Notes: generated by a model not told the origin, from the sequence alone. Positions 21,359 through 31,515 are shown, numbered from the stretch's first letter. The stretch: 64,000 nucleotides of DNA from an uncultured Lachnospiraceae bacterium (GCA_902789265.1 CADANR010000003.1:5603-69602); one strand, 5' to 3'. A program made the numbers and translations.

Positions 21359-22258
21359 TCAGATTTCTTCAATATTTACATCCTTTATCTTTTGGATTAA
21401 AGCCTTCCCGATAATGTGTCTTTCGACCGAGAGAATTTCAAACCGGTAACCCTTCTCTTCAAACGAAAAACCTTTGTCCTCATCTGTCGGAATATGCTTC
21501 AGATACGAAATCATATAACCGTTTAAAGTCTCATATTCTTCTGTTTCGAAAGTCACACCCAGAACCTCTTCCAGTTCTTCCAAAGGGGTCAGTCCGTCGA
21601 GCTCATAGGAGTCCTTCCCGGTTTCCTTAATGGAGAAATCCTTCACGTCATATTCATCCATGATATTACCGACGATTTCCTCTAAGATATCCTCCATGGC
21701 AATCAGTCCTGAAGTCTGTCCGTATTCATCCACAACAATCGCCATCTGAATACGTTCTGCCTGCATACGACGGAATAAATCATCCACATCCTTGGTTTCG
21801 GGAATAAAAATCGCCTTTCTGAGCAATGACTTGCAGTTTTTGATAATCTCCTGCTCGTCGTGTTCTTCATCCGTATAACGGACTATATCCTTCAGGTGAA
21901 TAATTCCGATAATATGATCCAGATCATTAATAAAAACCGGATATCTGCTGTACGGTAGCTTTATCATCATCTCTTTTGCTTCCGCAAGTGTACTTTCCGC
22001 ATCGATAGCCGCAATATTGCTTCGATTCGTCATAATATCCTGTGTCTGCTTATCGCCGAACTCAAAAATATTATGAATCATCTCCGCCTCGGAATCTTCC
22101 AGAACGCCCTGCTCAAAGCCTTCATCTACCATGGAAATAATTTCTTCTTCCACATTTTCCTTCTTAATTTCACCTCTCAGAAGAAGCCACTTGATGAAGA
22201 ATACAAGGAAGGCGACAAACAAAACTGCAATTATAATCCAGTATATCGCTGAACCCAT
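21359..22258 (-). CDS. CBS-pair + CorC/HlyC transporter-associated domain protein with a single N-terminal TM
   Basis: Hydrophobic N-terminus IYWIIIAVLFVAFLVFFI, followed by a CorC/TlyC-like CBS pair and C-terminal domain. The four-helix DUF21 membrane domain is absent. Confidence 0.75.
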   Translation of the reverse strand: MGSAIYWIIIAVLFVAFLVFFIKWLLLRGEIKKENVEEEIISMVDEGFEQGVLEDSEAEMIHNIFEFGDKQTQDIMTNRSNIAAIDAESTLAEAKEMMIKLPYSRYPVFINDLDHIIGIIHLKDIVRYTDEEHDEQEIIKNCKSLLRKAIFIPETKDVDDLFRRMQAERIQMAIVVDEYGQTSGLIAMEDILEEIVGNIMDEYDVKDFSIKETGKDSYELDGLTPLEELEEVLGVTFETEEYETLNGYMISYLKHIPTDEDKGFSFEEKGYRFEILSVERHIIGKALIQKIKDVNIEEI

Positions 22259-22284
22259 ATAAAGCCTTTCATAATTAAATAATT

Positions 22285-23457
22285 CTAGAAATCATCATGG
22301 TAATCCTTCGTGGAGATTACCTTTCCGTCCTCATAGTACTCCTTCGGCACACGTTTTCCGATGTCGCAGATCATCTCGTACGGGAAACCGCCGTATAGCG
22401 CACATAAATCCTCAACCGTAATTTCTAATTCTCCGTCACGGCCGATTAAGATTACCTTATCAAATTCCTGCACTTCCGGGATATCGGTTACATCCACCAT
22501 AAACTGGTCCATGCATACACGTCCGAGAATCGGCGCTTTCCTGCCATGAATCAGGACATAGCCGCAGCCTGATAAACCTCTCGGATAACCGTCCCCGTAG
22601 CCGACCGGCACGGTTGCAACTCTTGTTTCCTTTGTTGTTTCATACGTTCCGCCGTAACTGATTTTACTCCCTGCAGGAAGTGTTTTGATATAAACAATAT
22701 GGCTATAAAGAGAAAGAGTAGGCTTTAATACTGTAAGGTTTCTGTCCATTTCGTCCGAAGGCCATACGCCGTACATGGAGATTCCGACTCTTACAAAGGA
22801 AAAATCCTGTGCCTGCATTTCCATTGCAGCCGCGGAATTAAAGCAATGCCTTAAGGGGAATTCAATCCCTTCTTCTTTCATGCGACCGATGAAATACCGG
22901 AATTTTTCTACCTGTCCGTAAGCATCGGTTTTATCCACCACATCGGCATTTGCAAGATGCGTAAAGATTCCTTCCGCATCAATGCCTTCCATTTCACAAA
23001 TCCGCTTTGCGGTCGAAATTCCTTCTTCCGAAACCGCCACGCCGATTCTGTGCATGCCGGTATCGACCTTAATATGTACCTTTGCATTCTTTCCGACCTT
23101 TGCCGCAGCCTCGGAAATTTCCCTGCCCATATCCTCTTTGAAGGCAGTCAGGGAAACGTCATTCTGAATCAGTTCCTCATATGCGTAAGGAAATGTATAT
23201 CCGAGAATCAGAATCGGCTTTTTGATTCCTGCTCGTCTCAGAATCAACGCCTCTTCCGCAGTTGCCGTTGCAAAACCGAAGATATCATCTCTCGGTTCCA
23301 GTCTTCTGGCAATCGGCAGTGCACCGTGTCCGTAACCGTCCGATTTCACTACGGCCATCATGCGAACGCCGGCCGTTAATTTTTGACCGATCTGATCCAT
23401 ATTGAAAGCCACTGCATCCAGATTAACACCTGCGCAAACGCGTTCATAATGTTCCAT
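22285..23457 (-). CDS. alr: alanine racemase
   Basis: 390 aa with the PLP-lysine motif AVVKSDGYGHG and the C-terminal beta domain. Confidence 0.9.
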   Translation of the reverse strand: MEHYERVCAGVNLDAVAFNMDQIGQKLTAGVRMMAVVKSDGYGHGALPIARRLEPRDDIFGFATATAEEALILRRAGIKKPILILGYTFPYAYEELIQNDVSLTAFKEDMGREISEAAAKVGKNAKVHIKVDTGMHRIGVAVSEEGISTAKRICEMEGIDAEGIFTHLANADVVDKTDAYGQVEKFRYFIGRMKEEGIEFPLRHCFNSAAAMEMQAQDFSFVRVGISMYGVWPSDEMDRNLTVLKPTLSLYSHIVYIKTLPAGSKISYGGTYETTKETRVATVPVGYGDGYPRGLSGCGYVLIHGRKAPILGRVCMDQFMVDVTDIPEVQEFDKVILIGRDGELEITVEDLCALYGGFPYEMICDIGKRVPKEYYEDGKVISTKDYHDDF

Positions 23458-23458
23458 C

Positions 23459-24937
23459 TTAATTCTCTCCTTCCAGGAATTCGCACAGTTCCATTCCTGT
23501 TATGAATCTTCCTTGGCAGCCGTAATGTATTCCGTCCGCCTCCAGATAATAAAAGCAGTTTTCCTGCGTAATATAATTGCTCTTTGTCATATCAAAGCAT
23601 TTCAAATTCCGTGTAGTCGCAATTTTACGTATAATTTCGCGGTATGTTTCCATTGATTCTCCATCCGCCTGAAACGGAATTTCCCCGTTATTCATATCCG
23701 GCATATTTAAGAAACCGGGAACCACCAGAACAATCTGTGCATGACGAGGTTCCGATTCAATTCTGTCAATTGCCGCATTGTATTCACGTTCGAATTCATC
23801 CGCTTTAACGCCATTCACATAATCATTTATTCCGAACTCCAAAAGAACCGTAAATGCATCATCGTCTTCTTTCTGAAAAAGCGTCGATCCGTAGGCAAAG
23901 CTTCCGGCATTCTCGGAAATAATTCTGTCCGTAATTCTGTCCTGAACTTCGGATTCATCTTCCTGTAAAATCACATCCAGAAGGCCGTCAAGTCCCGGTG
24001 TGTTAGCATCTGCATGGATGGATAATCCGCCGATTCCGCAGTTTGCAACATTAACATCCGTAAGAGAATGAACCACCGCGGGAATGGACGTGGGCGGGCC
24101 GTAAATTCCGAAAATACTGTCGCCCAAAAACAGGATTTCCTCATCTTCCGATTTCTTTTTTATAAAAACGAGATTATCATCAAGAATCTTTAAATTATTC
24201 TCTAAAGACCGAAAGCACAAATCAATGTCATTACCGGAGAATACCGCATAATTTCCGTCACAGAACGCAGACATAATAATTACCTTCGAAGCATCTTCAC
24301 AAATGGCATTTCGGTTGTCTTCCGTAAAGCAACCCGGATTTCCAATGAGCCAGATTTCATAACCCGGGAAATAAACATTGGCACTTCCCGTACCTATGAT
24401 ATTTTCCGTTACGGTTTTATAATCATTCTTATAACTTTCCAGTTTGGAGTCTGATAATTTATCCCAGTAATCCGCCTGATAAACCGGATAAAGAATATCA
24501 ATCTCCGCACCCGTACCGAGCGCTGTCAGATAAGAATAAAATACATCTGCATCCTTGGCATTTTGATTTAGTTTCACGGGGTCCACACCGATAAAATAAT
24601 GCGTAACCGAATTCGATGTTTTTGTCGGAATTTTATTCAATAAGGAGTTTAAATCCTTTGTTTTTTCAATATTCAGGGAACGTGAAACATATGTCGGTAT
24701 ACCCCTGCGCTCTGAAAAATAAGTTTCATTGAAGTCGGAAATATCATAATCCGCTACAAATACCGCATTTTTCCCCGACTGTACAATTAAATCGGCTTCT
24801 TTCTCAATCTGCTTTTCCATCCCGGTACTGCAGCCGCTCAAAACGGGTATCGCAAGGGAAACAGCAAAAGTTACAAGAATCACGGAGATTCTTTTTTGTA
24901 ATCTATTCTTTTTTGTATATTCTCCGGGATAATTCAC
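23459..24937 (-). CDS. lipoprotein with a C-terminal SGNH/GDSL hydrolase domain
   Basis: GTG start with AGGAG RBS. Signal peptide with lipobox VLSGC; GDS block FLGDSIFG. Confidence 0.7.
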   Translation of the reverse strand: MNYPGEYTKKNRLQKRISVILVTFAVSLAIPVLSGCSTGMEKQIEKEADLIVQSGKNAVFVADYDISDFNETYFSERRGIPTYVSRSLNIEKTKDLNSLLNKIPTKTSNSVTHYFIGVDPVKLNQNAKDADVFYSYLTALGTGAEIDILYPVYQADYWDKLSDSKLESYKNDYKTVTENIIGTGSANVYFPGYEIWLIGNPGCFTEDNRNAICEDASKVIIMSAFCDGNYAVFSGNDIDLCFRSLENNLKILDDNLVFIKKKSEDEEILFLGDSIFGIYGPPTSIPAVVHSLTDVNVANCGIGGLSIHADANTPGLDGLLDVILQEDESEVQDRITDRIISENAGSFAYGSTLFQKEDDDAFTVLLEFGINDYVNGVKADEFEREYNAAIDRIESEPRHAQIVLVVPGFLNMPDMNNGEIPFQADGESMETYREIIRKIATTRNLKCFDMTKSNYITQENCFYYLEADGIHYGCQGRFITGMELCEFLEGEN

Positions 24938-24978
24938 TTTTTCTCCTGCTGCGTCTTTGTTTATTTCTTTTTTATATG

Positions 24979-25012
24979 TCTTTGTTATTTATCTTTGTTA
25001 TTTATCTTTGTT
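24979..25012. repeat. 13-bp tandem repeat tctttgttattta (2.6 copies) in the nnr / lipoprotein intergenic region
   Basis: Direct reading of 24979-25012. A degenerate extra copy lies near 24953. Confidence 0.6.
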
Positions 25013-25035
25013 TTTTTATTACCGGTATTTAGTTA

Positions 25036-26580
25036 TCATTCTCTATGTTTACCGGGCTGATCTTCAAGAAGTTTCAGTCCGCGGATAATATCACCGGCCA
25101 GCATTCCTCTGTGGCCTTTTTCTTCCGCAATTGCATCCCCGGCTTTCCCGTGTACGAAGACTGCCTTGCAAACACCGTCAAAACATGTATTTTCATTTAA
25201 CAGAAACGCACCGGTCATTCCGGCTAAAACATCACCGCTGCCGGCAGTCGCCATTCCGTCATTTCCGGAAAGATTGTAATAAACTTCTTTTCCGTCCGAT
25301 ACTATGGTGGTGGCACCTTTTCCGACTAAAATCACGCCGTATTCTTCTGCAATTTGTTTAACATATCTTTCGTAATCAGAAAGCAGTTCACTTACCGATA
25401 GTCCGGATAATCTCGAAAGTTCTGCCGGATGAGGTGTTAAAACAGTAATACGTGCGGCTTCCTTCCTTTTCTTTAAGAACGCCTTAAACCGTTCATTTGC
25501 CGAAATTATATTAATACCGTCCGCATCCAGTACAAGAGGTTTTAAGCATTTTGTAAGGACCTCCTCGACCATAAATTCAGCATAATCGGATTTGGATAAC
25601 CCGGGACCGATAACAACCACATCCGCACGGGAAATCATTTCCTCCAAAGCTTTCCCGTCCGTATTCATTTCCTGATCGGCATAGGTATGAAGAATCGCCT
25701 CCGGCAAAGAAGAAAGGACAACATCCCGGTTTGCTTCATGGGTATATAATTCTGCCAATCCGGCACCGCTCCTGAGCGCACTTTCAGAGCAAAGTATCGC
25801 TGCTCCTGCCATTTCTTTGCTTCCGGCTATGATAAGAATCCTTTTGAAAGTCCCCTTATTCCCGTCCGGTCTTCTTTTCTTTAAACGGACTTGATCTTCA
25901 TTTGTACCGGATAACTCATATGTAAATACATTCTTTTTAATTTCAGGAACATCCAGACTGTCAATTCCAATCGAAGATACGCATATTTTTCCTGCGTAAT
26001 CCCTTCCCGGATATAATAAAAGTCCGGGTTTTAAATATGAAAACGTAACGGTTTCATCTGCTTTTACGGCAGCCCCCAAAACAGCTCCCGTATCGGTATG
26101 AATACCGGACGGAATATCAATTGAAATCACATGCTCCCGTGATTTTTCTTTTTTTGAATTCACCCATTCTATTGCAGTAAGAAAAGCATCTTTCACGGGA
26201 CGGTTTAAACCGATTCCGAAAACGGCATCCACTATGACATCATACGTTTTCTCAGGCAAATCCGAAAGAATTACACCACCGAATGACCGGAAATACTCCG
26301 CTTCCTTCTGTACGCTCTCCTTACATTTCTCAGGCGGCACAATAAGATAAGCCTCAACTTTTATTCCTTTATCCAGAAGAATTCTGGCAAGTGCAAGTCC
26401 GTCTCCGCCGCAGTTTCCGGGACCGGAAAGCACCAAAACGGACGGATTATCGAATTGTCTTAAAATACAACCGGCAACCCCTAATGCAGCACGTTCCATC
26501 AAAACACATTGCGGAATACCAATGTGTTCGATTGCAAACTCATCCAGTTTATTCATTTCTTCCGCATGAAGAATAAACAT
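25036..26580 (-). CDS. nnr: bifunctional NAD(P)H-hydrate epimerase / ADP-dependent dehydratase
   Basis: 514 aa with the YjeF_N motif SGPGNCGGDG and the C-terminal carbohydrate-kinase motif GSGDVLAG. Confidence 0.9.
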   Translation of the reverse strand: MFILHAEEMNKLDEFAIEHIGIPQCVLMERAALGVAGCILRQFDNPSVLVLSGPGNCGGDGLALARILLDKGIKVEAYLIVPPEKCKESVQKEAEYFRSFGGVILSDLPEKTYDVIVDAVFGIGLNRPVKDAFLTAIEWVNSKKEKSREHVISIDIPSGIHTDTGAVLGAAVKADETVTFSYLKPGLLLYPGRDYAGKICVSSIGIDSLDVPEIKKNVFTYELSGTNEDQVRLKKRRPDGNKGTFKRILIIAGSKEMAGAAILCSESALRSGAGLAELYTHEANRDVVLSSLPEAILHTYADQEMNTDGKALEEMISRADVVVIGPGLSKSDYAEFMVEEVLTKCLKPLVLDADGINIISANERFKAFLKKRKEAARITVLTPHPAELSRLSGLSVSELLSDYERYVKQIAEEYGVILVGKGATTIVSDGKEVYYNLSGNDGMATAGSGDVLAGMTGAFLLNENTCFDGVCKAVFVHGKAGDAIAEEKGHRGMLAGDIIRGLKLLEDQPGKHRE

Positions 26581-26589
26581 ATACCGCTC

Positions 26590-27231
26590 CTAAATTTCCG
26601 TATCCTCGCCCCTGCTCAACTTATAGGAGAGCTTCATTAAACTTTCGGATAAGTGAACATTTTCCACAATTACGCTGTCCGGAAGATCCAAATCCACATG
26701 GGCAAAATTCCAGATTCCCTTGATTCCGGAATCCACCAGCTTTCCGACAATTTCCGTTGCGCCCATTTTGGGCAGGGTTAACACCGCAATTTCAATATCG
26801 TGTTTCTTTATAAATTCGGGAGCTTCGGAAATATCTTCAATTTCCATATCGCGAACTATTTTCCCAATCAGCATGGGATTCTTATCAAAAATACCGAGAA
26901 TGATAAATCCGCGTCTTTCAAAATTCATATAATTTGCAAGTGCCTGTCCCAGATTACCGGCGCCCACAATGATTAATGTATGCTTATGATCAAGGCCTAT
27001 GATTTTTGCTATTTCATCATACAGATAGCCGACATTATATCCGTATCCCTGCTGTCCGAACCCGCCGAAATGGTTAAAATCCTGGCGAATCTGGGAAGCC
27101 GTCACATGCATCCGGACACTTAAATCATGGGAAGAAATTCTCTCCACGCCTTCGTCCTTTAAATCACCCAGATATCTTAAATACCTGGGCAAACGGCTGA
27201 TTACTGCCTGCGATATTTTTCTGTCCGACAT
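26590..27231 (-). CDS. rex: redox-sensing transcriptional repressor Rex
   Basis: 213 aa with the winged-helix N-terminus ISQAVISRLPRYLRYL and Rossmann motif VGAGNLGQAL. Confidence 0.9.
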   Translation of the reverse strand: MSDRKISQAVISRLPRYLRYLGDLKDEGVERISSHDLSVRMHVTASQIRQDFNHFGGFGQQGYGYNVGYLYDEIAKIIGLDHKHTLIIVGAGNLGQALANYMNFERRGFIILGIFDKNPMLIGKIVRDMEIEDISEAPEFIKKHDIEIAVLTLPKMGATEIVGKLVDSGIKGIWNFAHVDLDLPDSVIVENVHLSESLMKLSYKLSRGEDTEI

Positions 27232-27433
27232 AACCTTGCTCCTTTAAAATAATCCAAACAACATGCAATAATCTGTTTTTTAACAATCGCAAAATACAGA
27301 TGTAGAATTTTTAACAAATACCATATCGTGTGCTAAAACACCTATAATATTATAAAATTACGAAAGGAAACTGTCAACTTTTGTAAATTTATGGTATAAC
27401 AATGTAATTGTTATTACAGCATTTACGAAGAAA

Positions 27434-27811
27434 ATGTGGTATTATTATCGAGTTATGATTCTATCCTGCTACGAAATCAAAAAAAGTTTTGGTGATAAAG
27501 AAGTTTTGAGAGATATCACCTTCCATATCAACGAACACGAAAAAGTGGCGATGATCGGCAATAACGGTGCCGGCAAAACCACTCTCTTTCATATTATCCA
27601 AAAAGAGCTCGAGCCGGACTACGGCGTAATATCCATAAAAAAAGACGCAACGGTCGGATATCTTGCACAGGTGCAAAATTATAAGGATGACCGGACCATC
27701 ATGGAAGAACTCCTCGATGCAAAGCACGATGTTATCGAGATGGAGGTACGCATCCGTCAGATGGAAGAAGAAATTGATGAATCGCTATCACGAAGTCCTT
27801 CACTTATTTGA
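27434..27811 (+). CDS. ABC-F ATPase, N-terminal fragment (Walker A, Q-loop); frame broken
   Basis: Contains GNNGAGKTT and GYLAQ. Terminates at 27811 after the out-of-family tail DESLSRSPSLI. An alternative ATG lies at 27455. Confidence 0.7.
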   Translation: MWYYYRVMILSCYEIKKSFGDKEVLRDITFHINEHEKVAMIGNNGAGKTTLFHIIQKELEPDYGVISIKKDATVGYLAQVQNYKDDRTIMEELLDAKHDVIEMEVRIRQMEEEIDESLSRSPSLI

Positions 27812-29417
27812 TTTGGCTGGCGGATATACCTATAAGAGTGATATCCAGGGAATTCTTCGTGGTTTGAATTTCCCGGAGTCCGACTTTGGCAAATCCGTTT
27901 TAAAGCTAAGCGGCGGAGAACGGACCAGACTTTCGCTCGGAAGAATTCTTCTTACCGCACCGGATTTAATTCTTTTGGATGAGCCAACCAACTATCTGGA
28001 TATTGCATCCGTAACATGGCTTGAAAACTATCTTCTCAATATCAAAAGTGCCGTTCTTCTGGTTTCCCATGACCGTTATTTTATCAACCGTATAGTAACC
28101 AAGACGGTCGAAATTGAAAACGGCAAGGCTTTGATGTTTGACGGAAACTATGAGGATTTTATTGTAAAAAAAGAAGTTCGCAAAGCCTCTCTTCTTTCCG
28201 CATACGAAAAACAACAGAAAGAAATCAAGCACCAGAAAGAAGTCATCGATACGCTTCGATCCTTCAATCGCGAAAAGAGCGTAAAACGTGCCGATTCCAG
28301 ACAACATGCTTTGGACAAAATGGATTTAATCGAAAAACCCGTGGAAGAAAAAATCGACATGGGACTTGAATTCCATTTAAATAAGGACAGCGGAAACGAT
28401 GTCCTTTCCGTGAAAAACATCTCCAAAAGTTACGGAGAACGGACTCTTTTTTCCGATGTATCTTTTGAAATCAAAAAAGGCGAACACGTTGCATTAATCG
28501 GTGCGAACGGTACGGGAAAAACGAATATCCTGAAAATCATCAACGGAGTCATCCCGGCCGACTCAGGTGAAATCTCACTTGGAAGCAATGTTGAAATCGG
28601 TTATTTCGACCAGCAGTCCGCCGTATTATCCGATGAAAAAACGGTATTTGAAGAAATTTCGGATACCTATCCGAAAATGACGGAAACCGAAATCAGAAAT
28701 ACCATGGCAGCTTTCCTGTTCCGCGGTGACGAAGTCTTTGCTCGTATCTCCACTCTTTCCGGAGGGGAACGCGGTCGTGTTGTTTTGGCCAAGCTTATGC
28801 TCTCCGGCTCCAATTTTTTAATCTTAGATGAGCCGACCAACCACCTGGATATGATTTCGAAGGAAATCCTGGAGAATGCTCTGAATGCATATCCCGGTAC
28901 TCTTTTCTATGTAAGTCACGATCGTTATTTCATAAACCGTACTGCCGAAAGAATTCTTTGTCTTGATCATAACTGCATTACAGGGTATCTGGGCAATTAT
29001 GATTACTATCTGGAAAAATCTGCGGAAATACAGACAGAAAATGCGTCTTCAGCCGATAACAATCCGGCAAACAGACAATCCGGAAGCTCTATTTTCAGTA
29101 ATTCTTCTGCAACAAGCGCAAATCCCAATGCGAATACTTCCGGAGCATCTGTCTCCGAAAGCAAGGCTGACTGGCAAAAAGCAAAAGCAGAACAGGCCGC
29201 TAAAAGAAAACTGGAAAATCAAATTAAAAAAATCGAAGAGGAAATTTCCGTTTTGGAAACTGTCCTCTCCGATTTAGAAATCCAAATGAATGACCCCGAT
29301 ATTGCCACCAATTCCGTTAAACTTCAGGAAGTCTGCAGGGAGCATTCCGAAAAGAAAGAATTACTCGATGAGAAGATGGCTCTTTGGGAAGATCTTCTTC
29401 TTTCCGAAGAATCTTAA
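27663..29417 (+). CDS. ABC-F ATPase, remainder (signature and Walker B of cassette 1, linker, full cassette 2, C-terminal coiled coil)
   Basis: Homology begins at LMNRYHEVLHLFDLAGGY. Then LSGGERTRLSL, LILLDEPTNYLD, GANGTGKTN, LSGGERGRVVLA and LILDEPTNHLD. The first ~40 codons of the ORF-track model are not ABC-like. Confidence 0.8.
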   Translation: MHRCKIIRMTGPSWKNSSMQSTMLSRWRYASVRWKKKLMNRYHEVLHLFDLAGGYTYKSDIQGILRGLNFPESDFGKSVLKLSGGERTRLSLGRILLTAPDLILLDEPTNYLDIASVTWLENYLLNIKSAVLLVSHDRYFINRIVTKTVEIENGKALMFDGNYEDFIVKKEVRKASLLSAYEKQQKEIKHQKEVIDTLRSFNREKSVKRADSRQHALDKMDLIEKPVEEKIDMGLEFHLNKDSGNDVLSVKNISKSYGERTLFSDVSFEIKKGEHVALIGANGTGKTNILKIINGVIPADSGEISLGSNVEIGYFDQQSAVLSDEKTVFEEISDTYPKMTETEIRNTMAAFLFRGDEVFARISTLSGGERGRVVLAKLMLSGSNFLILDEPTNHLDMISKEILENALNAYPGTLFYVSHDRYFINRTAERILCLDHNCITGYLGNYDYYLEKSAEIQTENASSADNNPANRQSGSSIFSNSSATSANPNANTSGASVSESKADWQKAKAEQAAKRKLENQIKKIEEEISVLETVLSDLEIQMNDPDIATNSVKLQEVCREHSEKKELLDEKMALWEDLLLSEES

Positions 29418-29448
29418 ATTATATCTGTTTACTCTGATATCTTATCCC

Positions 29449-30246
29449 TTAAGTGAAATCCGTATTATTGTCGGAACCGTTATTGTCCGTTTTAGGTGCG
29501 AACGGGTCCTGGTAAGTATTACTGCTCTGTGATGCAAACGGATCCTGGTAGGTATTGCTGCTCTGTGATGCAAACGGATCCTGATAGGTATTGCTGCTCT
29601 GTGAAGCGAACGGATCCTGATAGGTATTGCTGCTCTGTGAAGCGAACGGATCCTGATAGTTCCCGCCATTCTGCGGTGCTCCGTAAGAATCCTGGTATCC
29701 GCCATTCTGCGGTGCTCCGTAAGGATCCTGGTATCCGCCGTAAGTCCCCTGAGCGCCGTAGTTGTTCTGCGTACCGTAACCGTTCTGATAACCGTCATAG
29801 GTATTTGAAGAATAATTTTCCTGATGATTTCTTAAAACATCTTCGGCATTCTTAATACCTGCAGCATAATTGCCCCAGGAATCAATGGTTGACTGCTCTC
29901 TGAAGGAACTGTCCAGCTGTTTCATGGAAATACCGGAAAGAACCCAGATTACAATACCGATCATGCATCCGACAATGGAGAATACCAGACTTACAATACA
30001 GGAAGCCAGGCAAAGCCCCAGTCCTTTTAATCTTCCTTCGTTATTCTTCATAAGAATTGCAGTATATACAATACAAGCTACCGCTATAATACCGCCAATA
30101 ACACGAATAACTGTCTGGATTGTCATAAGTGCGGAAGATGCATCAGCCCATCTGCCGATCATATAGACTGCAAATGTGACCAGATTCACACCGATGATAA
30201 TGCCGTTAATGAGTTTTCCCCGATTCGCAATTTCGTTTAATTCCAT
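29449..30246 (-). CDS. membrane protein (four hydrophobic helices) with a Gln/Tyr/Gly/Pro-rich tandem-repeat C-terminal tail
   Basis: 265 aa. The tail is GGYQDPYGAPQNGGYQDSYGAPQNGGNYQDPFASQSSNTYQDPFASQSSNTY... Confidence 0.7.
   Translation of the reverse strand: MELNEIANRGKLINGIIIGVNLVTFAVYMIGRWADASSALMTIQTVIRVIGGIIAVACIVYTAILMKNNEGRLKGLGLCLASCIVSLVFSIVGCMIGIVIWVLSGISMKQLDSSFREQSTIDSWGNYAAGIKNAEDVLRNHQENYSSNTYDGYQNGYGTQNNYGAQGTYGGYQDPYGAPQNGGYQDSYGAPQNGGNYQDPFASQSSNTYQDPFASQSSNTYQDPFASQSSNTYQDPFASQSSNTYQDPFAPKTDNNGSDNNTDFT
29498..29732 (-). repeat. 36-bp in-frame tandem repeats (12-aa units QDPFASQSSNTY x about 4.4, then GGYQD(S/P)YGAPQN x 2)
   Basis: Units begin at 29498, 29534, 29570, 29606 and 29642. 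The related 36-bp unit ccgccattctgcggtgctccgtaag(a/g)atcctggtat occurs twice after that. Confidence 0.9.
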
Positions 30247-30268
30247 TAATAAATCCCCCTTTTTTTAA

Positions 30269-31474
30269 TTACATCGCATCAAAGGATGCGCGAATTGCTT
30301 TGATAAAATTCTCACTATTCAATACTGTAACATCTTTTAAGGATGTTATCAACGCCAAATCCTTTGTCATCTTTCCGCTTTCAATCGTGGAAACGGTGGC
30401 TTTCTCAAGCTTGTCTGCAAATTCCATCAGCTCTTTATTTCCGTCCAGTTCACCGCGTTTTCTGAGCGCACCTGTCCATGCAAAAATCGTTGCAACGGAG
30501 TTTGTTGATGTCTCTTCCCCTTTTAAATGCTTATAATAATGACGTTGTACGGTTCCGTGTGCCGCTTCGTACTCATATACTCCGGAAGGAGAAACAAGTA
30601 CGGAAGTCATCATGGCAAGAGAACCGAATGCGGAAGATACCATATCGGACATAACATCTCCGTCATAGTTCTTGCAGGCCCAGATAAAACCGCCCTTGGA
30701 TTTCATAACACGTGCAACTGCATCATCAATCAATGTATAGAAATATGTAATGCCTGCGGCATCAAATTTTTCTTTATACTCGTTATCAAAGATCTCCTGA
30801 AAGATATCCTTGAAAGTATGATCATATTTCTTGGAAATCGTATCCTTGGTAGCAAACCAAAGTTCCTGCTTTGTATCCAATGCATAATTGAAGCATGCTC
30901 TTGCAAAAGATTCAATGGAACGATCCAGGTTATGCATACCCTGAACAACACCGGGTCCGTCAAAATTATGAATGGTAGCACGGCTTACCGTACCGTCATC
31001 TGCGGTAAATACAATCTCTGCTTTTCCGGGACCGTCAATAATCATTTCGGTATTCTTGTAAACATCACCGTAAGCATGACGCGCAAGGGTAATCGGCTTC
31101 TCCCAGTTACGAACACAGGGTTCGATTCCTTTTACGACAATCGGTGCACGGAATACGGTACCGTCAAGCATTGCACGAATGGTTCCGTTCGGAGACTTCC
31201 ACATCTCCTTTAAATTATATTCTTCCACTCTTGCTGCATTCGGTGTAATCGTTGCACATTTAACAGCAACACCGTATTTCAATGTAGCTTCAGCAGAATC
31301 TTTTGTTACCTGATCATCAGTCTCATCTCTGTGCTTTAACCCAAGATCATAATACTCTGTTTTCAGGTCGATATAAGGAAGTAACAGTTCATCCTTAATC
31401 ATCTGCCAGAGAATTCTGGTCATTTCATCTCCGTCCATCTCGACAAGGGGTGTTGTCATCTGAATCTTGCTCAT
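30269..31474 (-). CDS. icd: NADP-dependent isocitrate dehydrogenase (eukaryote-like type)
   Basis: 401 aa: [37 protein letters not shown]... RBS GGAGAATACC. Confidence 0.9.
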   Translation of the reverse strand: MSKIQMTTPLVEMDGDEMTRILWQMIKDELLLPYIDLKTEYYDLGLKHRDETDDQVTKDSAEATLKYGVAVKCATITPNAARVEEYNLKEMWKSPNGTIRAMLDGTVFRAPIVVKGIEPCVRNWEKPITLARHAYGDVYKNTEMIIDGPGKAEIVFTADDGTVSRATIHNFDGPGVVQGMHNLDRSIESFARACFNYALDTKQELWFATKDTISKKYDHTFKDIFQEIFDNEYKEKFDAAGITYFYTLIDDAVARVMKSKGGFIWACKNYDGDVMSDMVSSAFGSLAMMTSVLVSPSGVYEYEAAHGTVQRHYYKHLKGEETSTNSVATIFAWTGALRKRGELDGNKELMEFADKLEKATVSTIESGKMTKDLALITSLKDVTVLNSENFIKAIRASFDAM

Positions 31475-31515
31475 GGTATTCTCCTTTTTTGTATAAAAAA
31501 CTATATGCTACACAA

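Noticed and set aside
27274-27285. TGTTTTTTAACA palindrome in the rex promoter region as a possible autoregulatory Rex site
   Set aside because: The half-site spacing is 4 nt shorter than in a Rex operator. The region is AT-rich and such short palindromes are expected by chance.
27761-27785. Programmed +1 ribosomal frameshifting as the explanation for the split ABC-F gene (and for 15685-15700)
   Set aside because: There is no known shifty stop context (as in prfB) or upstream SD-like stimulator at the right distance. Two unrelated genes in the same window show the same single extra A, which favours mutation or sequencing error.
29442-29855. ORFs 29442-29798(-) and 29496-29855(+) with striking internal repeats (RIRSLHRAAIP..., CCSVMQTDP...)
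   Set aside because: They are alternate-frame and antisense readings of the 36-bp tandem repeats of gene 29449-30246, which has the RBS, TM domain and start.
30527-31213. 228-aa plus-strand ORF antisense to icd
   Set aside because: Same reasoning. The icd frame is unambiguous and the antisense product is low-complexity and Cys-rich.
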